From Armatimonadota bacterium (lineage in GTDB: Bacteria > Armatimonadota > SYMT01), in the NCBI GenBank assembly GCA_041690135.1, contig JAWLHY010000005.1:96001-160000 (forward strand): a stretch of DNA of 64,000 nucleotides. Direction: 5' to 3'. Below, piece after piece: positions 55,941-64,000 of the stretch. The notes beneath the pieces are model-generated. The model was not told the DNA's origin. It saw only the letters and a program-made list of their open reading frames with translations, and made no database searches. Positions within the stretch are counted from its first letter, which is position 1, and each line of letters opens with the position of its first letter. The position numbers and the translations under genes were made by a program.

Positions 55941-58900
55941 ATGAAGCGGAGCAATCAGCTGATGTTTGGCATGCTGGGCGTCCTGGTGGTGACCGGCACG
56001 GGGCTCGCCCGCGGCACCGCCGCTCCGGGAGCCTCTCCGGGCGCGACGCCTTCGAAGGCGGCTGCGCGCCAGGGCGTCTCGCCTCCCCACGCGATCGACT
56101 TCAAGCGGGATATTCGCCCCATTCTGGTGTCTCGCTGTTACGCCTGTCATGGTCCGAAGCAGCAACAGAGCGGGCTCCGGTTGGATACCAGGATGCGGGC
56201 CTTCCAGGGCGGCGACCATGGCCTCTCCATCGTTCCCGGGAAGAGCGCCGAGAGTGAGTTGATCCGGCGAGTTACCGCCGCCGATCCCAAGCTCCGCATG
56301 CCTCCCGGACCGGCGCTTCCGGCAGCCGAGATCGCACGGCTAAAAGCGTGGATCGACGCCGGCGCTTCCTGGCCGGAAGAAGGGGGGCCGGGGGCCGGAG
56401 CCCAGGAGAGGGTCGATCATTGGGCGTTCCGGCCGGTGATGCGGCCGCCGTTGCCGAAGGTTCGCCAGCAGGGTTGGGCGATCAACCCGATCGACGCGTT
56501 CGTCCTGGCGAAATTGGAGGCCCGCGGTCTCAAGCCCTCCCCGCCCGCCGACCGGGTGACGCTGATTCGTCGCCTGTCGCTCGACCTGATCGGCCTCCCC
56601 CCCACTCCGGAAGAGGTGGATGCCTTTGTAACCGACACCCGCCCCGGCGCCTACGAACGGGTGGTGGACCGGCTCCTGGCTTCTCCTCACTTCGGGGAGC
56701 GATGGGCGCGCTACTGGCTGGATCAGGCCCGCTACGCCGACTCGAATGGTTACACGATCGACAGCGCACGCTCCATCTGGAAGTACCGGGACTGGGTGAT
56801 CGAGGCTCTCAACCGTGACCTGCCCTTCGACCAGTTCACTATTGAGCAACTGGCCGGGGATCTGCTGCCCAACGCTACGCAGGACCAGATCATCGCGACC
56901 GGATTCCATCGCAACACGCTGTTCAATGAAGAAGGCGGCACCGACCGGGAACAGTTCCGGGTGGAAGCGGTGGTGGATCGAGTGGGGACGACCGGCTCGG
57001 TGTTTCTAGGGCTCACCGTGGGATGCGCCCAGTGTCACACGCACAAGTACGATCCCATCACCCAACGGGAGTACTATCAGCTCTTTGCCTTCTTCAATAA
57101 TGCGGACGAGCCGAAGCTGGAATTGCCGACACCGGAACAAGCGGAGGCGCAGCGGCAACTCGCCGCGGAAGTTGCTCGCGCGCAGAAGGCACTCGCTGCC
57201 TTTGACCGCGAACTGCCGAAGCACCAGCGCGCCTGGGATGAGCGTATAACCGGAGGGGTGCGCAACGGTTGGAAACCCCTGGTTGCCGACCGGGTGGGGT
57301 CTACCGGCGGTGCCACCTTGACGCGCCTGGACGACGGGTCCGTGCTGGTGGGCGGGGCGATCCCGAGCCACGATTCCTACACGGTTCGTGCGAGCGCTCC
57401 CGTGGGGCCAATAGCGGCGATCCGTCTGGAAGCGCTCACCCACGCCTCGATTCCGGGTAGCGGTCCGGGTCTCACCCCGCACGGAAACTTTGTCCTCAAC
57501 GAATTTGAGTTGACGGTTGGGCCGGAAGAGCGAAAAGTAGTGTTCAGTTCGGCGACGGCCGACCACGCGCAGAATAACTTCCCGGTTACCGGTGCGATCG
57601 ACGGCGATCCCAAGACGGGCTGGGGAGTTTATGCGCCGAACGCCCACGTCGACCGCACCGCTGTGTTCACCCTTCGTGAACCGCTGGAGCTTACGCCTGG
57701 GACTCCCCTCACCTTCACCCTCAGACACCTCTACTCCGGAGAGCGATACTCCATTGGCCGGTTCCGGCTGTCGGTGGCGCCGAAGGTTTCGGAAGGACAA
57801 ACTCCAGCCTTGCCCGCGCGCACCCGGCAACTCCTGGCGATACCCACGGAAAAGCGCACCCCGATGGAGCGTGAGGAATTGGCGGCGGAGTTCAAGAGGC
57901 TGGATCCGGAACGCGCCCGATTGAGTGGAGTGGTGACGAATCTCCAGGCCCAGCAGAAGAAACTCGCGGCCAGCATTACCTCCACTCTGGTCATGAAGGA
58001 ACGCCCGACACCCCGCGAGTCGTACGTAATGATCCGCGGTGACTTCCTGCGTAAGGGTCCGGCCGTGGAGCCGGGGGTGCCGGCCTTCCTCCCACCCCTC
58101 CCCCACGATATTGAGAAGCCGAACCGCCTCCACTTCGCCCGCTGGCTGGTGAGTGCGGAGAACCCGCTCACGCCTCGCGTCACGGTCAACCGCATCTGGC
58201 AGCAACACTTCGGCATCGGCCTGGTCGAAACGGAGAATGACTTCGGCACCCAGGGTACCCCACCCTCGCACCCCGAACTGCTCGATTATCTGGCCTCTGT
58301 GTTCTCCACGCATCCGGAGCGAACGAGGGAAAGAGAGACTGGGGGAAAGAAAGTGGCTAATGCCCAACCTGGAGCCCGCCTTTCCCATTCCTTCGGGGAC
58401 GCAGGTCTGGGCTGGAGCCTGAAACAGCTCCACCGCCTCATCGTCACCAGCGCGGCCTACCGGCAGTCGTCGCGGGTACGGCCGGAACTGCAGCAAGTGG
58501 ATCCCGCCAACCGGCTGCTGGCGCGGATGCCGCGGCTGCGGCTGGAAGCAGAGAGCATCCGGGATGTGGCCCTGGCCGCCAGTGGATTGCTGTCGCGCAA
58601 GATCGGCGGTCCCAGTGTGTTCCCTCCCCAGCCGGCCGGCCTTGACGCCTTTACGCAGAGCAAGAAGAACTGGAAGGCCAGCGAGGGAGAGGATCGCTAT
58701 CGGCGGGGCCTGTACACCTTCGCGTGGCGCTCCAGTCCCTATGCCTTCTTCGCCACTCTCGACGCTCCGAATGGCAACGTGACGTGTACCCGGCGCGCCC
58801 GTTCGACGACCCCGCTAAGTGCCCTGATGCTGGCCAACGACCAGGCGCTCTTCGAGATGGCCCAGGGCATGGCTGTGCGGTTGCTGAAGGAAGGCCCACC

Positions 58901-59147
58901 TGCGGAGACCGATCGGATCCGCTGGATATTCCGCCGTTGCCTCGCCCGCGAGCCCTCTGCAGGGGAAGCGGCACGCCTCCAGGCGTATTACCGGTCGCAG
59001 TTGGGCTCTTTCACGGCCGGAGCGGACGATGCCGCCAAAGTGGCTCCGAAGGACCGCCCGGGGGAAACGTCCGCAGCGGAGGCGGCCGCCTGGACCTCCG
59101 TAGCCCGTGTCTTGATGAACCTGGATGAGTTCATTACCCGAGAGTAG
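55941..59147 (+). CDS. Planctomycete cytochrome c + DUF1549 + DUF1553 domain protein
   Basis: DFKRDIRPIL..CYACHG, HWAF, NPIDAF, LIRRLSLDLIGLPPT, FGERWA, CAQCHTHKYDP, HPELLDYLA, RRGLY, NLDEFITRE. Confidence 0.93.
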   Translation: MKRSNQLMFGMLGVLVVTGTGLARGTAAPGASPGATPSKAAARQGVSPPHAIDFKRDIRPILVSRCYACHGPKQQQSGLRLDTRMRAFQGGDHGLSIVPGKSAESELIRRVTAADPKLRMPPGPALPAAEIARLKAWIDAGASWPEEGGPGAGAQERVDHWAFRPVMRPPLPKVRQQGWAINPIDAFVLAKLEARGLKPSPPADRVTLIRRLSLDLIGLPPTPEEVDAFVTDTRPGAYERVVDRLLASPHFGERWARYWLDQARYADSNGYTIDSARSIWKYRDWVIEALNRDLPFDQFTIEQLAGDLLPNATQDQIIATGFHRNTLFNEEGGTDREQFRVEAVVDRVGTTGSVFLGLTVGCAQCHTHKYDPITQREYYQLFAFFNNADEPKLELPTPEQAEAQRQLAAEVARAQKALAAFDRELPKHQRAWDERITGGVRNGWKPLVADRVGSTGGATLTRLDDGSVLVGGAIPSHDSYTVRASAPVGPIAAIRLEALTHASIPGSGPGLTPHGNFVLNEFELTVGPEERKVVFSSATADHAQNNFPVTGAIDGDPKTGWGVYAPNAHVDRTAVFTLREPLELTPGTPLTFTLRHLYSGERYSIGRFRLSVAPKVSEGQTPALPARTRQLLAIPTEKRTPMEREELAAEFKRLDPERARLSGVVTNLQAQQKKLAASITSTLVMKERPTPRESYVMIRGDFLRKGPAVEPGVPAFLPPLPHDIEKPNRLHFARWLVSAENPLTPRVTVNRIWQQHFGIGLVETENDFGTQGTPPSHPELLDYLASVFSTHPERTRERETGGKKVANAQPGARLSHSFGDAGLGWSLKQLHRLIVTSAAYRQSSRVRPELQQVDPANRLLARMPRLRLEAESIRDVALAASGLLSRKIGGPSVFPPQPAGLDAFTQSKKNWKASEGEDRYRRGLYTFAWRSSPYAFFATLDAPNGNVTCTRRARSTTPLSALMLANDQALFEMAQGMAVRLLKEGPPAETDRIRWIFRRCLAREPSAGEAARLQAYYRSQLGSFTAGADDAAKVAPKDRPGETSAAEAAAWTSVARVLMNLDEFITRE

Positions 59148-59153
59148 AGAAAA

Positions 59154-60611
59154 ATGAGTGACCACAGCCGGGTTCTGCGGTGTACGCGCCGCCATCTCTT
59201 TGAGCAGTGCGGCGTGGGGGTGGGGGCGATCGCGCTTTCTACGCTTCTGGAACAGGCGGGTTACGCTGCGAACGCAGAAATTACGAAACGAACTCCTGCC
59301 GCAGGCTCGAACACGGGTCGTACGGGTCGTACGCACTTCCCGGCACGGGCGAAGCACGTCATTTACATGCATATGGCGGGCGGGCCTAGCCAGATCGACC
59401 TGTTCGACCCGAAGCCAAAACTCCGCGAATTGAGCGGGCAGGTCGTGCCGCCCTCTTTTACCGAGGGTAAACGTTTCGCGTTTATCAAGGGAGATGCCAA
59501 GCTGCTGGGTAGCAATCGCAGCTTTGCACGCTATGGGCAGTCGGGTGCCACAATCAGCGAGCTCCTTCCCCACCTGGCCGCGATTGCGGATGACATCTGC
59601 ATCGTGAAGAGCATGGCCACGGACGTGTTCAACCATGGACCGGCCAAGCTGTTCATCCAGACGGGTTCGCCACAACCGGGGCGCCCGAGCCTGGGCGCGT
59701 GGCTTTCCTACGGCATCGGCAGCGAGGCCAGCAACCTGCCGGGGTTCGTCGTCTTGCAATCGGGACCGCGCGGGCCCCGCGCCGGGCATGCGCTCTGGAG
59801 CAGTGGCTTTCTCCCCACCAGCCACCAGGGGGTACCCTTCCTGCCGGGGCCGGAGCCGATCGTGAATCTCTCCAACCCGGACGGCTTCGACCGTCGCCGG
59901 CAGGGGGAGTTCTTTGACGCCGTTCGCGATCTCAATGCGGAGAGACTGTCTCTCACCGGCGACCCGGAAATCGCGACCCGCATTGCGGCCTACGAGATCG
60001 CCTACAAGATGCAGGCCAGCGCCCCCGAACTGATGGACCTGTCCCGCGAGCCCAAACACGTACTGGAGATGTACGGCGCCGAACCCGGGAAGCCTTCGTT
60101 CGCCAACAACTGCCTCCTGGCCCGCCGGATGGTGGAGCGCGGGGTCCGTTTCGTGCAGATGTACCACACCGATTGGGACCACCACGGCGGACCCGGCTTC
60201 GACCTGGGCAAGCCCCTGGAGAAGCTCTGCCAGGAAGTGGACCAGGCCTCCGCGGCGCTCGTGCGCGACCTCAAACAGCGCGGCCTACTGGAAGACACTA
60301 TCGTGCTGTGGGGTGGTGAGTTCGGCCGCACGCCGATGGGCGAGAACCGGGACACCACCGGGCGGGACCACCACATCGACGCCTTCACGATGTGGATGGC
60401 GGGCGGCGGGTTCAAAGCCGGCTACGTGCATGGAGAAACGGATGAGATCGGCTATTCGATCGTGCGAGACCGGGTCCATGTCCACGACCTTCAGGCCACG
60501 CTACTCCATCTCCTCGGCCTGGATCACACGAAGCTGACTTACCGTTTCCAGGGTCGCGATTTCCGTCTCACCGACGTGCATGGTGAAGTCGTGCGCCAAC
60601 TCCTGGTGTAG
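59154..60611 (+). CDS. DUF1501 domain-containing protein, Tat-like signal
   Basis: TRRHLF, GGPSQIDLFDPKP, FNHGPA, CLLARRMVERGVRFVQ, WDHH, GEFGRTP, GRDFRLTDV. Confidence 0.92.
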   Translation: MSDHSRVLRCTRRHLFEQCGVGVGAIALSTLLEQAGYAANAEITKRTPAAGSNTGRTGRTHFPARAKHVIYMHMAGGPSQIDLFDPKPKLRELSGQVVPPSFTEGKRFAFIKGDAKLLGSNRSFARYGQSGATISELLPHLAAIADDICIVKSMATDVFNHGPAKLFIQTGSPQPGRPSLGAWLSYGIGSEASNLPGFVVLQSGPRGPRAGHALWSSGFLPTSHQGVPFLPGPEPIVNLSNPDGFDRRRQGEFFDAVRDLNAERLSLTGDPEIATRIAAYEIAYKMQASAPELMDLSREPKHVLEMYGAEPGKPSFANNCLLARRMVERGVRFVQMYHTDWDHHGGPGFDLGKPLEKLCQEVDQASAALVRDLKQRGLLEDTIVLWGGEFGRTPMGENRDTTGRDHHIDAFTMWMAGGGFKAGYVHGETDEIGYSIVRDRVHVHDLQATLLHLLGLDHTKLTYRFQGRDFRLTDVHGEVVRQLLV

Positions 60612-60624
60612 GAGCCTTATAACG

Positions 60625-61764
60625 ATGGCGAACTCTGGAGCCAGGTTCTCCTCACGTCGCTCGCGCTCGGGTGGTCGGCGAGCCTGCCTGCTGGTGGCGG
60701 CCGTCGCTATGTGCGTGCTGGCGATCACGGCCACTGCGGGCGGGGACGTCCCTGCCCCTCCGCTCTACCGCGACCACACTCGCCTTGAGAGCTACCTGGA
60801 TGAGAAGGGCGGCGAGCACCCGGTCCGCAGCCGGGCGGATTGGGAGAAGCGCCGGCGCCACATCCTGGCCGGGATGCAAGCGGTGATGGGGCCGCTCCCC
60901 GGTCCCGAGCGGAAGGTCCCGCTGAACGTGGAGGTGCTGGAAGAGTCCGCAACCGATGCGTTTGTGCGGAAGAAGATCCGCTTCTCTCCGGAGAAGGACG
61001 ACCGGGTACCCGCCTACCTGTTTCTCCCGAAAGGCGGCAAGAAGCGAAAGCCGGCCGTGCTCTGTCTCCACCAGACGACCGGAATCGGCAAGGGGGAGCC
61101 GGCCGGGTTGGGCGGGCTGCCGAACCTGCACTACGCCCGGGAACTGGCCGAGCGCGGCTATGTGACGCTGGCGCCGGACTACCCTAACTTTGGCGAGTAC
61201 GCCTTCGATCCGTATGCGCGGGGCTACGCCAGCGGCAGCATGAAGGCGATCTGGAATAACATGCGGGCGATCGACCTGCTCCAGTCGCTGCCGGAAGTCG
61301 ATCAGGAGCGTATCGGGTGTATCGGGCACTCGCTGGGCGGCCACAATACCATGTTCACCGGCGCCTTCGATGCGCGCATCAAAGCCCTGGTATCGAGTTG
61401 CGGCTTTACGGCCTTCGGAGCGTACTACCAGGGAAACCTCACCGGCTGGACCGGGCCCGCTTATATGCCGCGCATCCGGGAAGTCAAGCGGGAGGGTGGC
61501 TGGGCGAAGAACATGCCGTTCGACTTTCACGAGGTGGTGGCAGCCTTTGCCCCGCGGGCCTTTTTCACCAATTCACCGCTCAAGGACGACAACTTCGAGG
61601 TGGGTGGGGTCCGTGAGGTTATGGAGCGAGCGGCGCCGGTCTACCGCTTGTTCGGGGCGGAAGAGAAGCTGGTCGCCGTGTATCCCGATGCGGCGCACGA
61701 CTTCCCCACTCCGCAGCGCCAGGAAGCCTACGCCTTCCTGGATCGTTGGCTACAACGCAAGTAG
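60625..61764 (+). CDS. Secreted alpha/beta hydrolase (dienelactone hydrolase/acetyl xylan esterase-like)
   Basis: VPAYL, PAVLCLHQT, ELAERGYV, GHSLGG nucleophile, DD, HDF. Confidence 0.85.
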   Translation: MANSGARFSSRRSRSGGRRACLLVAAVAMCVLAITATAGGDVPAPPLYRDHTRLESYLDEKGGEHPVRSRADWEKRRRHILAGMQAVMGPLPGPERKVPLNVEVLEESATDAFVRKKIRFSPEKDDRVPAYLFLPKGGKKRKPAVLCLHQTTGIGKGEPAGLGGLPNLHYARELAERGYVTLAPDYPNFGEYAFDPYARGYASGSMKAIWNNMRAIDLLQSLPEVDQERIGCIGHSLGGHNTMFTGAFDARIKALVSSCGFTAFGAYYQGNLTGWTGPAYMPRIREVKREGGWAKNMPFDFHEVVAAFAPRAFFTNSPLKDDNFEVGGVREVMERAAPVYRLFGAEEKLVAVYPDAAHDFPTPQRQEAYAFLDRWLQRK

Positions 61765-61785
61765 GATCCCCGAGGGGCGCTCAAC

Positions 61786-61829
61786 GCAAAACGACGGCCC
61801 GCACCCGCAGGTCCGAGCCGTCGTTTTGC
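61786..61829. terminator. Bidirectional terminator-like hairpin
   Basis: GCAAAACGACGGC..GCCGTCGTTTTGC 13-bp IR between convergent genes. Confidence 0.75.
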
Positions 61830-61851
61830 ATGAAGCGGGATTCCGGCGAAC

Positions 61852-62280
61852 CTACTTCTTGTGCGCCGTGTGGCACCCCTTACATGAGCCGTTGATGACT
61901 GCCAGGCCCTCGCGCGCGCCGGCCGCATCCTTTGCCGCCACCTTGGCCAGCACGGTGGCGGCGCCGTCCTGCAGCGCCTTCGAAGCATCCGCCCAGACCT
62001 TGTCCGGGCAGCGCCCGTCTTCCATCAGCATGTGGCCGGACTCGTTCAGTAGTTCGGCGCTGACGGCAAGAGCTTCCCAGGCCTTGTCGTCAGCCGGGCC
62101 GGAACCCGTGAGGCCCGACCGCAATACTCCCACCTGGGGTCCGATGAATCCGGACATCATCCGCTTGGTGGTGAGGGGACGGGACTTGCCCTTCTTGATC
62201 TGCGCGTCGCCCTGCGTGGCGAGCACCAGGACCCCGGACACGGCCAGCAGCGCGCCGGCGGTAAGTAGCTTGGATCTCAC
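61852..62280 (-). CDS. Class II (c'-like) monoheme cytochrome c
   Basis: Signal peptide; helical body; C-terminal SCKGCHTAHKK; GTG start with SD AGGAG. Confidence 0.8.
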   Translation of the reverse strand: MRSKLLTAGALLAVSGVLVLATQGDAQIKKGKSRPLTTKRMMSGFIGPQVGVLRSGLTGSGPADDKAWEALAVSAELLNESGHMLMEDGRCPDKVWADASKALQDGAATVLAKVAAKDAAGAREGLAVINGSCKGCHTAHKK

Positions 62281-62364
62281 GAACAATCTCCTGAACAAAT
62301 GATGACGTGCGGTCGTGGCCGACCAGGATGAAGTTAGCAATCTACCTCGCAGCTTCCTTTTTGT

Positions 62365-63483
62365 TTAGATCAGGGTTTGCAGGAGGGCGACCACGGCTGT
62401 GACCTGGCTCTGAACGTGGGCGGGTTCGATCTCCGGCACCAACTCTTCGAGGGCTTTGATCGCGGTTGCGATCTTGTCCTTGACCGGGTCTTCCTGCGGG
62501 CGCTCGTAGGGAGCATCCGCCGAGCCCCAGAACGGGTTGTCCGGCTCCAGGCCGCGGTCGGCGGCGTTCTCCTCCGCCCGCCGGAGCAACGCCGCGATCT
62601 GGCGCTCCTCGGCCGCGCCCCCACCGTTGCGCGAGATTTCCTCATCCACGGATGCTACGCGGTCGAAAGCCTCGGTGTCACCACCCTTCAACGGGCTCTC
62701 CCACTCGCGCTCCCACGGGCGGCTGCCGCCTTCCCCTTCCGCTACGAACGGGCTCTCCGCCGGACCGGCCTGGGAGGCCGCGGCGGAAGAAGATGCGGAG
62801 GCCGGTTTGGGCCGCGCCTTCGGGTCGCTCAGCAGACGGTTCAGTTCGGCCGTGGGGGTGGCCGGGTCGAGCATCCGGTCGACCAGCAGTTTCAGCTCGG
62901 CGCCCGTGAGCGGGTACGGCTGGCCGTCGTCATCGACCTTGCTGACCACGGCCTCGAGGAGCCGCTCGCGTTGGTCCGCCCCCACGCGGTACAGCGCGCG
63001 GACGTGGGCCGAATTGATCACCTGCACGGGCGTGCCCAGCTTCTCCGAAAGCAACTCGTTGTACTGGTGCTCGCGCAGGGCCAGGGTGACGGCACTGGCG
63101 CTCATCCCCAGCATCTGGGCGACTTCCTCGCGGAGCTTGCCGTAGTTGCGGCATAGGGCCACCGCCAACTGGTTCCGTTCTACCCGGCTTAACGGTTGGC
63201 CGTGGGTGACGTTGGCCAGGCCGGCGACGAGCTTGAGTTGCTCGTCCTCGATTGGCTCCACCTGGGTCAGCACCTCTTCCAGGCCCAGTCGTACGGCCGC
63301 TTCCACGCGATGGTAGCCATCGACCACGACGTTCGTTCCCGCCTGGACCCGGACCGGCGGCAGCGACGTGAACGACTCCATGTAGCGGATTACGGTCTCC
63401 TCGTTCAGGCGCTCGCGCGGGCTGAGCTCCGGAATGAGCACCAGCTCGTTGATCGGAACGGGACGCATCTCACTGACCGACAT
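62365..63483 (-). CDS. ParB/Srx N-terminal domain protein with HTH (StrR-like)
   Basis: LSPR, LPPVRV, VVDGYHRVEAA, ANVTHGQPLS..ER, REEVAQMLGMSASAV (HTH). Confidence 0.78.
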   Translation of the reverse strand: MSVSEMRPVPINELVLIPELSPRERLNEETVIRYMESFTSLPPVRVQAGTNVVVDGYHRVEAAVRLGLEEVLTQVEPIEDEQLKLVAGLANVTHGQPLSRVERNQLAVALCRNYGKLREEVAQMLGMSASAVTLALREHQYNELLSEKLGTPVQVINSAHVRALYRVGADQRERLLEAVVSKVDDDGQPYPLTGAELKLLVDRMLDPATPTAELNRLLSDPKARPKPASASSSAAASQAGPAESPFVAEGEGGSRPWEREWESPLKGGDTEAFDRVASVDEEISRNGGGAAEERQIAALLRRAEENAADRGLEPDNPFWGSADAPYERPQEDPVKDKIATAIKALEELVPEIEPAHVQSQVTAVVALLQTLI

Positions 63484-63572
63484 CGTCAGAAAACCTCCTC
63501 AAGAGAACAGACACAAGTCCGATTGTCGGTCGAGGGAACGGCTCCAGCGGAGTCGATCATGCGCACGGTGGC

Positions 63573-64000
63573 TCAAGTCCAGGCGACCAGCGCTTCGAGG
63601 ACTCCGTGGGCATCCTCGGCGGTGGCGTGCGGCTCGATTCCGGCGATCGGCTTGAGATGCGGGTAGCGCCGCATCCAGACAGTCCGGATGTTGAGTGAGC
63701 GGGCGCCGCGGATGTCGCGCTCCAGCGAGTCGCCGATCATCACGGCCTCCTCCGGCGCCGCCCCCACCAGCGAGAGGGCGTGCCGGAAAATGGCGCTGTC
63801 CGGTTTCCAACTCCCGATTTCGCCGGAGACCACGATCCGCTCGAACCAGCGTCCAAGACCCACGGCCTGGATCTTCTCCCGCTGCAGGTCGCCGAGCCCG
63901 TTCGTGACCAGCACGAGCTCGAACCGCTCCGCCAGTTGCGACAGCACTTCGGGAACCTCCGCGTAGAGCTGATACCGCCGGCGTCGCTCGTCGAGGTACA
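63573..64000 (-). CDS. HAD family hydrolase (5'-truncated by window edge)
   Basis: LVTNG, Q..KI, KPDSAIF, MIGDSLERDIRGA; frame open to the window end. Confidence 0.9.
   Translation of the reverse strand, partial: YLDERRRRYQLYAEVPEVLSQLAERFELVLVTNGLGDLQREKIQAVGLGRWFERIVVSGEIGSWKPDSAIFRHALSLVGAAPEEAVMIGDSLERDIRGARSLNIRTVWMRRYPHLKPIAGIEPHATAEDAHGVLEALVAWT

Noticed and set aside
62365-63483. Plasmid/prophage partition locus
   Set aside because: No parA, parS-like palindrome, integrase or phage genes; neighbours are chromosomal.

Overview
GC-rich bacterial chromosomal window with about 50 CDS. The gene content (DUF1559/H-X9-DG prepilin-like proteins, DUF1501, DUF1549/DUF1553, CRTAC1-ASPIC/UnbV proteins, UPF0182) suggests Armatimonadota or a PVC-like lineage; this is an inference. 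Housekeeping genes include an ATP-dependent DNA ligase, ubiE/menG, lipB, serS, kynU and recG, mixed with many predicted exported proteins. The most striking region is about 39.6-50.5 kb. It is a duplicated envelope module of two seven-heme c-type cytochromes, two CRTAC1/ASPIC-UnbV lipoproteins and two TPR proteins, together with a DUF1559 prepilin-like protein, a small lipoprotein and a CxCxxC redoxin. It lies just downstream of a possible glycan-processing operon. Intergenic DNA carries several REP/REPIN-like palindromes, 7-9 bp tandem repeats (including a composite element present twice), a rod-shaped ncRNA candidate, and two apparent in-frame repeat-derived insertions in genes. I found no rRNA, tRNA, CRISPR array, transposase or prophage gene. 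All assignments come from motif recognition by eye; no database searches were run.
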